NCBI GenBank assembly: GCA_014905635.1
Contig: JABVCE010000037.1
Coordinates: forward strand, 124,001-188,000
Length of the DNA: 64,000 bases
Direction: 5' to 3'
Source: Scenedesmus sp. PABB004
Lineage: Eukaryota
The notes beneath the pieces are model-generated. The model had not been told where the DNA came from. It was given only the letters and a program-made list of their open reading frames with translations, and did no database searches. The position numbers were made by a program, and so were the translations under genes. Below, one piece after another: positions 1 to 12,600 of this stretch. Position 1 is the first letter of the stretch, and the number at the start of each line of letters is the position of its first letter.

Positions 1-151
1 CTCGACGAGACGCGGTGCGGCGGCGGCGGCGGCGGGGCGGCGGCGGCTGGGGCGGCGCAGCGCACGCGCGTGCACGCAGCACGGGCCCCTTCCCCTGAGC
101 GCGGCGCGACCGCCGCCGCCCACGCACGCCGCCGCGGCGCCGCGCGCCGCA

Positions 152-1876
152 GGTCGATCATCCGCCCGCAGCTGCTGCTGGACTACGACAAGGGCGCGTA
201 CAAGGGCGCGCCCAACTGGCGCCCGGGGACGCGCCCCGGCTTCCAGGACTGCCTCGCCATCCGCTGGAAGGACCTCAAGTGGGTCGGCCTGACCAACAAG
301 GTCTATCGGTGAGCGGGCGGCGCCCGCGCGGGGCGGGAGGGCGGCGCGCGGCCGCCGAGCAGCCGCGCCGCGGCGGCGCAGCACTGCCACTGCTGAGCGC
401 GGCGCGGGCGCGGGCGTGGGGGGCGCCAAGCGGCGCCGTGTACCCGCCGCTCGCTCAACCGCCGCTCGCTCGCGCACCGCGCCCACACCAGGCTCAAGCC
501 CGGCACGATGCACGTAGAGGCGGTGTGCAGCGAGGTGCCTGAGTCCGAGGCGGCTGGGCTGCGGACCGTGTTTGACCGCGCCGCGCGCGAGTGGTGGGCA
601 GACGTCGTGGCGGACCCGCACAGCTTCAGCAAGCCGCTGTTCTTCATGGGCCTGGGGTCGGCCAACGTGACCAACGTCCTCGCCGCGGGCGCGCACGACC
701 GCACGCCCGGTCGCGTGCGCCTCATCGCCAACGGCCTGCACGGCTTCTCGCAGCCAGGCGACCGCGCCTGCTACAAAGTCAAGGTGCAGCGGCCCGCCCG
801 CCCGACCCCCGCCGGCGGCCTGCCCGCCCCGCGCGACGCCGCGTGTGGCCGGCCTCGCCCGCCGGCGCCGCGCCGCGCGCGGCCGCCCGCCTCAAGCGCC
901 ACCGCCGCCGCCGCGGCCGCCACTGCCTCGCGCGCCGCCGCCAGGTCCTGTCGGGCGGGACGTACAGCGCTGTGCTCATGTACACCGCGCCCGCACCGGC
1001 CACGTTCCGGCTCTCCCTCGGCACCTGGGCCGCCATCCGCGACGGCTCGGCGCCGAGCCTCACGGCGCAGCTCCCGGCGCAGGTGCGGCCGCGCGCCGCG
1101 CGCCGCGCACACCATCAACGCCGTCACGCGCCTGCATGCTCGCTCACGCGGCCGCCCGCCCGCCGCCGCCGCTCGCGTCGCAGGCCAAGGAGGCGGGCGT
1201 GGACTTTGGCGCGTTCACCGGCCTGCCCGTGACGCCGGAGGGCACCAAGCACGAGATGTGCCTGGAGCTGGTCACGGCGCCAGAGGGCAGCAGCGGCGAC
1301 GTGCTCACGCACCTCGCAAACATCCGACTCACGCGCCGCGACGACCTGCCCACCACGCTCACGCCCGCTGGCCCGCCGTTGCCGGCGCCCGCGCCGGCGC
1401 CTGCGCCGGACGCGTCGCCCGCGCCCGCACCCGCGGCGTCGCCCGAGCCCGGAGCGCCGGACGCGTCGCCCGCGCCGGACGCGTCGCCCGCGCCGGACGC
1501 GTCGCCCGCGCCTGACGCGTCGCCTGCGCCGGACGCGTCGCCCGACCCGGGCGCGTCGCCCGACCCGGGCGCGTCGCCCGACCCTACGCACACCACGCCC
1601 GGCGCGCCCGACGTGCCGCCCGGCAGCGTGACCGCCGCCGTGGGCGCGCCGCGCAGCTCGCTGCCGATGGCGAGCAAGGCGGCGGGCATCGACATCGCGT
1701 CGCACGGCTGGCTGCGCAGCGTGGTGCCGGGCGGCGCGGCGCGGCGCGACCCGTGGGGCGCGCTGCGTCAGATGTACGGCTGGGTGGACGGGCAGGACGT
1801 GCTGGAGTCCATGTTCTCTCCCTTTGACGCCGAAGACATCATGGAATGCGATGAGTGCCTGCCGACCATCGCCTAG
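152..1876 (+). CDS. 3' part of a spliced gene (5' end outside window); possible arylsulfatase-like C-terminus followed by a beta-rich domain and a PDASPA repeat tail
   Basis: Exons ~152-309, 492-783, 945-1082, 1184-1876 join with GT-AG into ...AIRWKDLKWVGLTNKVYRLKPG...EWWADVV...; the pattern loosely resembles sulfatase C-termini (inference only); stop TAG at 1874-1876. Confidence 0.5.
1405..1583 (+). repeat. Coding 18-bp tandem repeat (CCGGACGCGTCGCCCGCG-like) encoding PDASPA/PGASPD
   Basis: About 9-10 visible units in the last exon of the first gene. Confidence 0.9.
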
Positions 1877-2185
1877 GCGGCCACTGCCTAGGGGCCAGGC
1901 TCAGAGGCAGGCCTGGACGCGGCGGCGCAGTGCCGCACCGCAGCGGCTCGCTCGATTGATTGATTGACTGACTCGCACAGAGCGGGAGCAGCGGCCGCGG
2001 CACCAGCAGCCTGGGCGCTGGGCGGACGGCGGCAGCAGCGGCAGCGGCAGTAGCAGCGGCAGTAGCAGCGGCAGTAGCCGCAGACGGCTCTGCAGGAGTG
2101 CTCGTGCAGGAATTGCTTAGGCGCCGCGGCTCGCGGCGCACCAACAACACTTGCGACGCGCCTGGTTGGCGCGGGCCCGCGCCCA

Positions 2186-2255
2186 CACACGCATGCATGC
2201 ACACGCAAGCTGACGCATGCACACGCAAGCTGACGCATGCACACGCAAGCACACG
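2186..2255. repeat. 21-bp tandem repeat (CACACGCAAGCTGACGCATG) in the 3' UTR/intergenic region
   Basis: About 2.5 direct copies visible. Confidence 0.8.
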
Positions 2256-2915
2256 CGCAGACGCGCGCACGCACTGCAGGACCCGCCCCGTGCGATTCGC
2301 GGGCGCATATTGATTTTTAGTGAGCCGGGGGTCTGGGCATCCGTGAGAATGCTCTCACGGAGCGTTCCTGGTTGGCGTCTGGCAGTCGGTGCGGGGAGCG
2401 GCCGCCGCGCGGCGGTAAACCTCGTGCGCCGTGCGGATGCGACGGCGGCGGCCGCGGCGTCGGCGGGCAGCTGCGCGACGGCGAGGCGCAGCCGCCGCGT
2501 GCGCCGAGCGCGCGGCCAGCGCGCGCAGCGCGCGACGACCGGAGTGCTCGCCGCCGGCCGGGCGGCGGCGCTCGACACACCGCGCTCCAGACCGAGTGGC
2601 GGCCGGCAGCGGTGTTGCAGGCGGCGGACTGGCGGCGCCGCTGCCGCAGGGCCCGGGGTGGGCCCCGGCGGCGGCGGTTGCGGTTGCGCCCCGGGGCTCA
2701 AGCAGCGGCGGCGGTCGGCCGGCTGCCCGTCTGTGCAAGTCGCCTCCCCGGACCGCACGCGCGATCGCAGATCGCCCACGCAGGCTGCCGCGCCGTCGCG
2801 CCGCCGCTGCTCAACAACGGTCCCCAGGCAGGCCCCGCAGGCGCTCGCTCGCGCTTCCGGAGCGATCAGCGAGACCACTGCCACCCCCCGCGCTCGCCGC
2901 GGACGGTCGAGCACG

Positions 2916-3732
2916 ATGCCTGGTCTCTGCGCGTGCTTCGGCGCCGGCCCGCGGCCGCTGTACGATGCTCCCGCGCCTCCCGCGCCGCTGAGCGCGGGTG
3001 TGGCGGCTGAGGCCGTCCAGGTGCGCTGCGCCCGGGCGCTGCTGGCCCGCAGGGCGGCGGGGCTAGGCGGCGTTGACCGAGCAGCGGCGGTTGCGCCCGC
3101 CGACCCTCCCCTCCCCCGCCCGCCGCGCGCAGCCGCTGCCCGCCACGCCACTGCAGGCGGCGCCGCTGGCCAACAACTTTGCGGCGCCCGCGGCAGCCGC
3201 GCCGCCCGCGCCCGTGGAGCAGCCGCCCGCGGCGCTCGCCACGCCGCCGCCCGCGCGGCAGGAGGTGGCCAGCTACCAGATCAGCATCTCCCCCAGCGGG
3301 GGCGCCGCCGGCAGCCCCAGCCCACGCGGCAGCGACGACGCTGGTGGCGGCGCCGACGCGGCGCGCCGCGGCGCCGACGCGGGCGCCAAGCCCGCGCCCG
3401 CGCCCGCGGCGGCGGCGCGCCGCGGCACGAGCTCCTCCGGCGGCGGCGCCGACCTGCACGGCAGCGCCGACACGGGCGGCAAGCGCGGCAAGGCCAAGAC
3501 CACGCCGGGCGGCAAGACGCCGCCGCTGAACCACAAGCCCTGGGGCGCGCGCGTGCCGCCCGGGGCAACGCCGCCGGCCGCGGCGGCCGCGCCCGCGCCG
3601 GCCAAGGCGCCCGTGTCGCCCGTGGCGGCGCCGTCGCCGTCGCTCCTGCGCCCGACGTGCGCGTCGGTGGCACGCGCGCAGGCGACCTCCGCGGCGCGGC
3701 CGACCTCGGGCGGCGGGACGTGGAAGTGCTGA
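2916..3732 (+). CDS. Hypothetical low-complexity protein, 2 exons (MPGLCACFG...TSGGGTWKC)
   Basis: ATG 2916, donor CAG|GTGCGC ~3021, acceptor ~3157, continues in the 3073..3732 frame; N-terminal Cys pair could be an acylation site. Confidence 0.6.
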
Positions 3733-4020
3733 TGGCAGCCACGCGCGCTCCGACGCGGCGGGCGCTGGGAGGGAGGCAGGTGGCGGCGTGACCGGTGGCG
3801 GAGGGGGCAGTGGGTAGGGATAGCGAGCTCTGGGCGCGTGCGTGGGTCGGGCGGCGGTGACGACGGCGCGGTTCAGGTCAACAAACGCCGCCCCCGCGCC
3901 ACTGTCCGCTGCGCCCAAGGCGCCACACACGGACCCACAGCAGCGGGGAGGCGGCTGGGAGCCCGCGCCCGACGACTCGGCCGCCGCACGCGCCCGCCGC
4001 TGCTGCGCCGGTCGCCGCCG

Positions 4021-4982
4021 ATGCTGCTGCGCGCCGCCGCGGCGCCGCTGACGCAGTCGCTGGGCGCCCTCGCGTCGGCGCTGGGCGGCGCGGCGCCGGG
4101 CGCCTGCAGCGCGCTGCGGGAGCGCGCGGCCAGCCACGCGCAGGCGAGCGCGTCCTTTGCGAGCGCCCCGGAGCCGCTGGCGACGCCCTGGACGCCCACC
4201 AGCGCGCTGGTGAAGCGCAAGACCTACCAGAAGCGCGCGCGGCACCTCATCCAGGCGCGCGCGCCGCTGCGCGGGCGGGCGGCAGCAGCGGCGGCGGCGG
4301 GCGCTGCTGCCGGCGCCGCCGCTCACGCGCGCGCCCTCCGCAGGTGCTGGAGCGGGAGCAGGTGGAGCGGCTGGCCGCGGGCAAGGAGCTGCCGGCCTTC
4401 AGCTCGGGCGACATCCTAGAAGTCACCACGGTGCGGCGCCGGACGCGGCGGCGCCGCCCGGCGCCCGCGGCGGCGGCAGCGGCAGCGGCAGCGGCAGCCC
4501 CCCTGCGCGCCGCCCGCCCGATCACGCGCCCACTTTCCACCCGTGCGCCGCCGCTGCCACCCCTGCGCGCCGCCAGGTCGTGCCTGAGGCGGACCGCAAG
4601 GTCTACACCTACCGCGGCGTGTGCGTCGCCCGCGCCAACAAGGGCCCGCGCAGCTGGTTCAAGATATACAACGTCTTCCCCGACGTTGGCGGCTTCGTGC
4701 AGCACTTCCCGCTGTGAGCGCCTCACAGCACGCGGCGGAGCGCGGCGGCGGCGGCGCGGCAACGAGCGGCGCGCGGCACGGCGGCGGGCTCGCGCCGCGC
4801 TCATGCTGCCGCCTCGCTCCCTCTCCGCCGCCGGCTCGCCGTGTCGCAGGTACATGCCGGACCTGCTCGGCGTGCGGGTGGTGGGGCGGCTGCCGCGCGC
4901 GCGGCGGTCAAAGCTGTACCACCTGCTGGCGGACGAGGGGCCGAAGCACGTGTACCAGGCCGCGGTGCCGCCGCCAAAGTGA
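4021..4982 (+). CDS. MRPL19: Mitochondrial ribosomal protein bL19 (L19), 4 exons
   Basis: Spliced sequence LPAFSSGDILEVTT|VVPEADRKVYTYRGVCVARANKG..FVQHFPL|YMPDLLGVRVV..RARRSKLYHL is the L19 signature; Ala/Arg-rich presequence; first intron is GC-AG (4255-4343). Confidence 0.9.
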
Positions 4983-5177
4983 CGCACGTCGGAGGCCGTC
5001 GCGCGGCGGAGCTTGAGCGCACGAGCGCCGCGCGGCGCGGAGTGGAAGAGCGCGGAGGGAGGGCGCGGGCGGGCGATCGAGGGCGCGGCTGCGACGCCGG
5101 GCCCTGCCGCGGCGGGCGTGCAACGAATGGCGCGCCCCACAGCTGCGGCCGCGTCACCCCGCCGGCCGGCCGGCGCC

Positions 5178-7083
5178 TCACGCGTCGCTCGCCTCGCCGT
5201 CGCTCGCGGCGCTGGCCGCCGCGGAGCCGCCGCTCGCCGCGCCCTCCGGCGCGAGCAGGTCGGGCTGCGCCGCGAGCGCGCCCTCGATGAGCGCCACGCA
5301 CTCGCCGATGGAGCGCCCCGCCGCCATGGCGTCAGCGAGCGCGTCGTGCAGGCCCGCGTGGCGGCGCAGCATCGCGGCCACGTTGAGCACCGCCCAGCGC
5401 ACCTGGCCGTCCGCCTTCTTCTGAGTGAACTGCGGAGCAGCGGGGCGGGGCGGGTGCAGCGACGCGTGTCGGCCGCGGCATGGAAGCGAGGCGCGGCGCT
5501 GCGCGGCGGCGCGGGGGCGCGCGCGTGAAGGAGGCAGGCCCCACCTGCAGCGCGCGCAGCAGCCGGTCGAGCTGCGCGACGTCGCCGACGCCGCCCTCGG
5601 CCTGGCCGTAGCGCAGGTACTCGGTCACCACGCCTGCCAGGTTTAGGGTTTAGGGGGGGGGGTCAAGTTGGGGTTCAAGTCGGGGTCCAAGGGCGCGCAG
5701 AGGAGGCAGGCCTGCCCGCGTGATGACGGCGGCGGCGGCACGGGGCGGAGCGCCGGCAGCGGCGCGGGGCTGGGCGCGCGGCCGCGCACCCGCGAGCGCG
5801 ACGCAGCTGTAGCGGTCGAGGCTGGTCGAACTGAGCCGCCCCGCCGCGACCTCGCCGTCAAAGCCGCCGTCGCAAAACTGGCACCCCGCCTGCACGTTCA
5901 GCGCGCGGTGCCTGGCCGGGGTTGTCGGCGGGGGGAGGGGCGCGGGTGGGTTGGTGAGCAAGGCAGGCGTGGGCACGCGCGCCCAGCCCACGCCCCCCAC
6001 ACACAACGCCCCCCGCCCTACACACGCCCCGCACCGCATGAAGGCGTCGGCGGATGAGAGCGTGAAGTCGCGGGGCAGCAGGCCGACCAGGTAGGCCACC
6101 AGGAAGTGGCCCGCCTCGTGCAGCGTCACGCGGGCGCCGTAGTTCGGCGACAGAACCCGCCCGAGGCTGTCCACCAGCAGCGCCTCGCCGCCGCCCGCGT
6201 TGGCGACCTGCGATGCGGCGCGCGGCGCGGGTCGCGCGGGCGCGCGCCGGCGCGCGCGGGAGGAAGCTCCATCGGCTCCCCCGGCCCGGCGCGTGCGCCG
6301 CGTGCCGCGCGCAGCTCGGCCGGTCAAGGCTGCGGCGCGGCGCGCCGCACCTGGTCGGCGACCAGCAGGAAGCTCGCCGCGACGAGGACGCCGAAGACCT
6401 TGCTGAACCCTGGGGCACGGTGAGCAGCAGCCGCGTCATCGGCGGCCGCGTCGTCAGCTGCCGCGGGCGCCGCCAGCGCCGCGGGCAGCGCGCGGCACGC
6501 CGCCGCGCGGCGCGGCGGCGCGCACCCGCAAAAAAGGCGAGCGCGGCGAGCCCCGCCGCGGCGGCGCCCTGCGCGGCGTTGCGCACGGCGTTGAGGCTCT
6601 CGTCGGTCGGGCTGAGCAGCTTGGCCGGCTCGATGCGGTTCAGGCGGAGCTCTTCGATGGTGTAGATGCGCTTGGGCACCTGCTGCCCCCGCCCAAACGC
6701 CTGCGCGCCGCGGCGGCGGGCGCGGGCGCGTGGGCGCGTGTGAGAGAGGTGTGTGAAAGGGGTTGCTGCGGCTGCGACGGCGGCGCCACGCGCGCGCGCG
6801 CCTTGAACACGCCGCGCGCCATCGCCGCCTGCGCCAGCGCGACCGCCTGCTGCTCCACCGCGATGCCGCCCTCCGCGGCGCCCGCGAGGATGGCGTCCAG
6901 CTGCTTGCACACCGACTGTAGCGAGCTTCCCTCAGCGAGCTCCAGCTCCACCGCCGCAGGCGCGGCGGCGCCGCCCGGCGGCGCCGCGCGTGGCGCCGTG
7001 CTGCGCCCGCGCGCGCCCGGCCGCGCCGGCCGCGACGTGGCGCGCCAGGCGCCGCACTGGGCGGCCCCCAGCCGGCAGTGCAT
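5178..7083 (-). CDS. Plastid-type peptidase M41-like zinc metalloprotease without an AAA domain (VIR3/stress-regulated protein family)
   Basis: HEAGHFLVAYLVG (HEXXH) motif, AFGRGQQVPKRIYTIEELRLN, LNVQAG, AEGGVGDVAQL; about 7 exons; transit-like N-terminus from ATG ~7083. Confidence 0.8.
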
Positions 7084-7949
7084 GGCGGGGCGCTGCGCTG
7101 GCTGCGGGAGCGGCGGCGGCGGCGCGCCCGCCACACGCGCTCGGCGCCGCTGTCGCTGCTGCCGCTGCCGCTGGCTCGCCCGTTGGGCTCACGTTGCGCC
7201 GCAGTACGTGCGCCTGAAGGAAGCGGCCAGCGGATGGACGCGGGAATGCGCCTGCTGGCCGGCGGAGCTGGGCAAGAGCGGCCGCTGATGCGGCCGGCGA
7301 ACCCTGCTGCTTCTGGCTGGGGTTCAGCCGCTGCCGGCGTGTGTTCCGTGCTGCGCTGTGCGTGCCGCTCTCACACGCCACCGCGCTCAGCAGCCGCGCC
7401 GCCGCCGACACGTTGAGCGCCGCCGCTCTCGCGCTGCTTGCAGGTGCGCGCGGCGCACGCTGCTCGGGCGCGGGCGGCCAGGGGCGCGAGCGGCAGCGCT
7501 GCCGCCCGGCGCACACGAAGCCAGCAGCGGCGGCAGCGGCGGCAGCGGCGGCGCCGGCCGCCGCCTTCCGGACTGCTGCTGCTGCTGCTGCCGCGGCGCT
7601 CACCAGCTGCGCGCGCCGCCGCACACGCAGGCACACACACACAAGGCCCCTGACAAGCAGCCGGCGCGGCGCAGCAGCAGCCGGCGGACGGGCCGCAGCG
7701 CCCGGCGGCAGCGGCGGCAGCGGCTGCGGCACCGGCGCCGGCGGCGTGCGCCAGCGCCCGGCCCGCGCCAGCGCCACGCGCTCGTCCCCCGCCACCTGCC
7801 CAGCGCGGCCCGGCCGCGCCGTCGAGGGCGGCGCCCGGCGCCCAGCACACGCACACGCACACACTCCGCGCCCGGCGCGCCGCGCGTCTCTGCCGCGTCG
7901 CCGCGGTCGCGCGGTGTGCCGCGGTGCCGCGGTCGCCGCCCGCATCACC

Positions 7950-8654
7950 ATGTCGTACCTGCTGCCGCACCTCAACAGCGGCTTTGCGGTCGACCAGGCC
8001 ATCCTGGGCGAGGAGGACCGCGTCGTGGTGCTGCGCTTCGGGCACGACTGGGATCCGCAGTGCATGCAGATGGACGAGATCCTCGCCAGCACGGCAGACC
8101 AGGTGCGCGCCGCGGCGCGCCGCCCCCTGCGGGCCTGCGCGGCGGCGCCGCGGCCGCATGCCTGGCCGCGGCGGGCCCGCCTTCTGCCGCCGCCGCCGCC
8201 CGCCGCCCGCCGCTCGGCGCCCGGGGCGCCTGGGGCACTCAATTCAATGCATCACCATCAATGCATAATCAATTCAATGAATTCAATGGGATCAACCGCG
8301 CCGCCCATTAAACCATGCTCACAGATAAAGAACTTTGCGGTCATCTACCTCATCGACACGAGCGCGGTGCCTGACTTCAACACCATGTACGAGCTCTACG
8401 ACGCCTGCACGATCATGTTCTTCTTCAGGTGCGGCGCCTGCCAGCGGGTGGTGGTGACGGGGTGATGGGCGGGGTGGCGGCGGGGTGACGGCGGCCCGCG
8501 GCACGCTGCGCAGCGCTCAGCGGGAGCGAGCTGCCGGCGCCACGAGCGCGCGTGTGTGTGCGCGCGCGGCGCGAGCAGCAGCGGCGGCGGGCGTGGGGAC
8601 GGGCGGCGCCCGCGCGCTCGCGCCGCGCGCGCCCGGCCCACCACCGCCTGCGCC

Positions 8655-8694
<40 letters not shown>

Positions 8695-8978
8695 GGCTGG
8701 CGCCCCAGGAACAAGCACATCATGGTCGACCTGGGCACGGGCAACAACAACAAGATCAACTGGGCCATGAACGACAAGCAGGAGTTCATCGACATCGTGG
8801 AGACGGTGCGGCGCGCGCGCGGCGGGGCACAGCAGCAGCAAACGCGGGCGGTGGCGGCGAGCGCCGCGTGCCGCCCGCGCCAACGCGCGCCGCGCCGCGC
8901 CAGGTCTACCGCGGCGCGCGCAAGGGGCGCGGTCTGGTGGTGTCGCCAAAGGACTACTCGACCAAGTACAGGTACTGA
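7950..8978 (+). CDS. DIM1: U5 snRNP thioredoxin-like protein Dim1/TXNL4A (YLS8), 4 exons
   Basis: MSYLLPHL..VDQAILGEEDRVVVLRFGHDWDPQCMQMDE|IKNFAVIYL..|RNKHIMVDLGTGNNNKINWA..|VYRGARKGRGLVVSPKDYSTKYRY*. Confidence 0.97.
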
Positions 8979-9674
8979 GGTGTTCAGCCATCTGCAGAGC
9001 CGGTGGCTCAGCGGGGTCTGGGCGGCGGCAGCGGCGGCCCGCCTTGCAAGCGTCACCGGCCTGCGCCGGCGCTCGCCGGCGACGCTCGGGGGCGCGGCGG
9101 CAGCTTCGCACGCGACTGGCCATCTCGCTGGGAGGGCAACGCGCACGCGGTGCAACCCACGCGCGACGCGCAGCGCGCGTGGTGGTGGCAGCGAGCCGGG
9201 CGCGGTCGCCCTTGCCGAACAGCCGCGCCGCGGTCCCGGCAGACCAGGACTGTCAGAGGCCTCCTCACGCGAAGCGCTCAGCGCCACCGAACGCCGGAAC
9301 CACAGCCGTGCGGCGACAGCAGGAAGCGCGGGCGAGCGGGGGCCAGCCGCGGCGCACAGCGATCGCGCGGTGCTTCGCGCCGGTGCTGACGGGCTTCGGA
9401 CGCGCCGGCAGCAGCAACTGCAACCCGCGGCTTGGCCGCGCGACCGCCGGGGGGCGCGGCGCGGCGGCGGAGCAGCGGCACGCGTGGCGGGTGCGCATGG
9501 CGGCCGCCTGAGCCCGCAGCCCTGCCGGCGACGCGGCGTCAGGTGAGCAGGGGGCGGGGGCGCGCCGACGCGGCGCTGCGGTGGCCCCCCAGTCGGCGTG
9601 CAGCGCCGCGGCGCGCCGCGCCCGCTGCTGCCAACCCCGGCTGCCCGGCCGCGCTGCCGCCGCAGCGTGGCGCG

Positions 9675-12600
9675 ATGCGCCGCCGGCCGCTGCTGCTGCG
9701 GCTGCTCCTGGCGGCCGCGCTGCTGCTGGCGGGCAGCGGCGCGGCGCGGGGGAGGTGCTGCCGGACGGGCTCGAGGACGCGCTGCGCACGTTTGCAGACT
9801 CGCCCGCGGCGCAGGCGGCGGCGCTGCCCGGCGGCGGCGGCGCGGGCGCGGCGCCGCCGCCGCCGCGCGGCGACATCACGCCGGTGGACTCGAGCGACTA
9901 TGAATTCCTGGGCCTCGCCGCGGAGCACGCGGCGGCGGCCAAGGGCGCCGGCGGCGCCAGCAGCGGCGGCGCCGGCGGCAGCAATGCCAGCAGCGCCAGC
10001 GCCAGCACCGCCAGCACCGCCAGCGCCGGCGGCGGCGTTGACAAGCCCTGCCCGGCGGGCTGCGAGGCCAACGGCAACTGCAACCGTGCGATGGGCAGGT
10101 GCGCGCGCGCGTGCGCCGGCGGCGGCGGCCGCGAGCCAGCCCCTCCGGCGGGCGCGCCCGCGGCGCCGGCGCTCCCCCCACGCCGCCGCCGCGGCGCAGG
10201 TGCGAGTGCGCGATCGGGTGGGGCGGCCCCGCGTGCGACGTCGCGCTGTGGCCGAGCTGCCGGCTGGCGGCCAACGCGACCGAGATGTGGTGCGGCACGT
10301 GGCACCCCAAGTCGTGCGCGTGCGTGCGGCAGTGCGCAGCCGTGATCTGCCCCGGCGGCCCCAACACGTGCGAGCGCGCGTACGACATGGCCGGCGCGGC
10401 CTGCTTCGTGCGCGGCGGCGCCGACGGCGGCGGCAACGCGAGCGCGAGCGCGGCGGGCGCGAGCGCGGCCGGCGCGCGCTGGGACGGCGGCTCCGACGTG
10501 CCGCCCGAGGACGAGCCGGGCGTGCGTTGGTACCGCGGCGTCGCGGCCGACCCGCAGGCGGCAAACCCTGAGATCACCAGGCGCGCCCCGCACCACGCTG
10601 TGCCGCGCGGAGCGGGGTAGGGATGGGGGGGGGGGGGCGCCGCCGAGCAGCGCCGCCGCCGTGCTGCGCCGCCGCCGTGCTGTGCGTGACGTGCGTGCAC
10701 CGCGCGGCGCCGCCGCCGCCGCCGCGCCGCAGGGAGGCTGCGCTCGACATCGAGCCGGGCCGGGCGGAGGGGCTGCGCGCGCTGCCGCTCGCGGCGTGCC
10801 CGGGCAGGTGCAGCCTGCGCGGCGGCTGCGTCGCGCACAAGGCGGGGCCGCACACCGCGCCGCACTGCCTCTGTCACTATGGCTACGCCGGCCCCGCGTG
10901 CGAGCTCGAGGACGCGGGCGGCGGGCAGCAGCGCGTGTGCTGGAACAACTGCCAGGCGCGCCGGCGGCGCGGCGGCGCGGCGGCGGCACACGCCGCGGCA
11001 GACACGCCGCGGCAGCCGCAGCGGCGGCGGCGGCCCGCGGGGCCGTGGCCCCCGCCCCGCCGGCCGACGCCCGCCGCCCCGCGCCGCGCGCAGGGCCGCG
11101 GCACCTGCCGGCGCGGCTTCTGCCACTGCGAGGCGGGGTGGTGGGGCCGCGACTGCTCGACGCGCGCCGCGTTCGCCGCGCACTCGGCGCGCCGCGTGGT
11201 GCACAAGCTGCGCGTGTACGTCTACGACCTGCCCTGGCAGGTGAGGGTTTAGGGGCGGGGGCGCGGCGAGGGTTAAGGGGCGGGGGTCAGGGCGGGCGGG
11301 TGCGGGCGGGCGCGGCCGCCCGCCGCCGGCCGGCCTGCTGGCGCGTGGATTCTGCCTCCGCCTCTCACGCCCCGCTGCGCGGTCCGTCCCCCCCCCCCCC
11401 CCCCACACACATGCCCCCCCCCCCCACGCCCCGCCCCGCCGCGGCCGCCAGGTGGCCTACCAGCCAGAGTACCACCTGGGCTGGCGCGACCACGACCAGG
11501 TGCACCCGCGCGGGGACGCGCGCCGCGCGGGGCTGCGCCGCGACTGCCTGCACGGCGCGCGCGCGCGCGCGTGTGGAGGGCAGGGGGGGCGCCGGTGTTG
11601 CTGCCTGCGCGCGCGCCCTTCGCTCGCGCCCCGCCGCCACGCCGGCACGCCGCCGCGCCGACCCCCCTCCAAACCGCTGCACTCGCCGCGCAATCAACCA
11701 CACCGCCCAATCAAACCGATCCGCCCCACCAACCACACCGCCCGCCCCATCAACCACGCCCCATCAAACCACAGATCTACATGGCCTGGCAGGTCTTTGG
11801 CGAGCGGTTCATGAACGACACAGTAGTGAGGTGAGAGGCGCTGGGGAGGTGCTGTGAGGCGCTGGGAGGGCGCGAGGCGTGCTGCGAGGGCGGGAGGTGG
11901 CGTGAGGTGTGAGGGCGTGAGGTGACAAGAGAGGGGGGGGGGGGGAGCAAACCTGCTGGGGGACCGTGCCGCCGTGCCGCCCGCTCAGCCGCCGCCGCCG
12001 CCGCCGCCGCCGCAGGACGGACAACCCGTGGGAGGTGCGGCGCGGCGCGGCGCGCCGCCTTTCGCTGCTCAGCGCCGGCGCCGCACGCGCGCGCGCCTTG
12101 ATCAAAACCTTGGCCCACGCTGAACCGCCGCCGCCGCCCGCCCAACCCAAACCCTGAACCCTAACCCTAACACCCTCAGGCCAACATGTTTTACATCCCC
12201 GCCCTGACCTACGCGTACAGCAGCAACCTGGGCGACACGCTCGCGCACGCGCGGCGCGTGGTGCGCTACGTCGCGGCGACCTGGCCCTTTTTCAACCGGT
12301 GACCGGGGAGGGGCGGCGGTGGTGGTGGTGGTGTGTGTGTTTGTGGTGGTGGGTGGGTGGGGGGGGGGCGCTGGGGAAGGCGACAGCACCGCTGTGCTTG
12401 TCGCCGGGCGCGCGGGAGCGTCGTTCGCCGCGCCCCCCCCCCCCCCACCCACCCACACCCACACCCACCCACACACCCACACACACACCCACACCCACAC
12501 ACACACGCACGCTCACACGCACGCTCACCCCCCCCCCCCCCCGCAGCACCAAGGGCCTCGATCACTTCATGTGGCTGACCAACGACCGCGGCGCCTGCGC

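Noticed and set aside
5641..5655. True chromosome end or telomere
   Set aside because: Only 2-4 repeat units, all inside introns.
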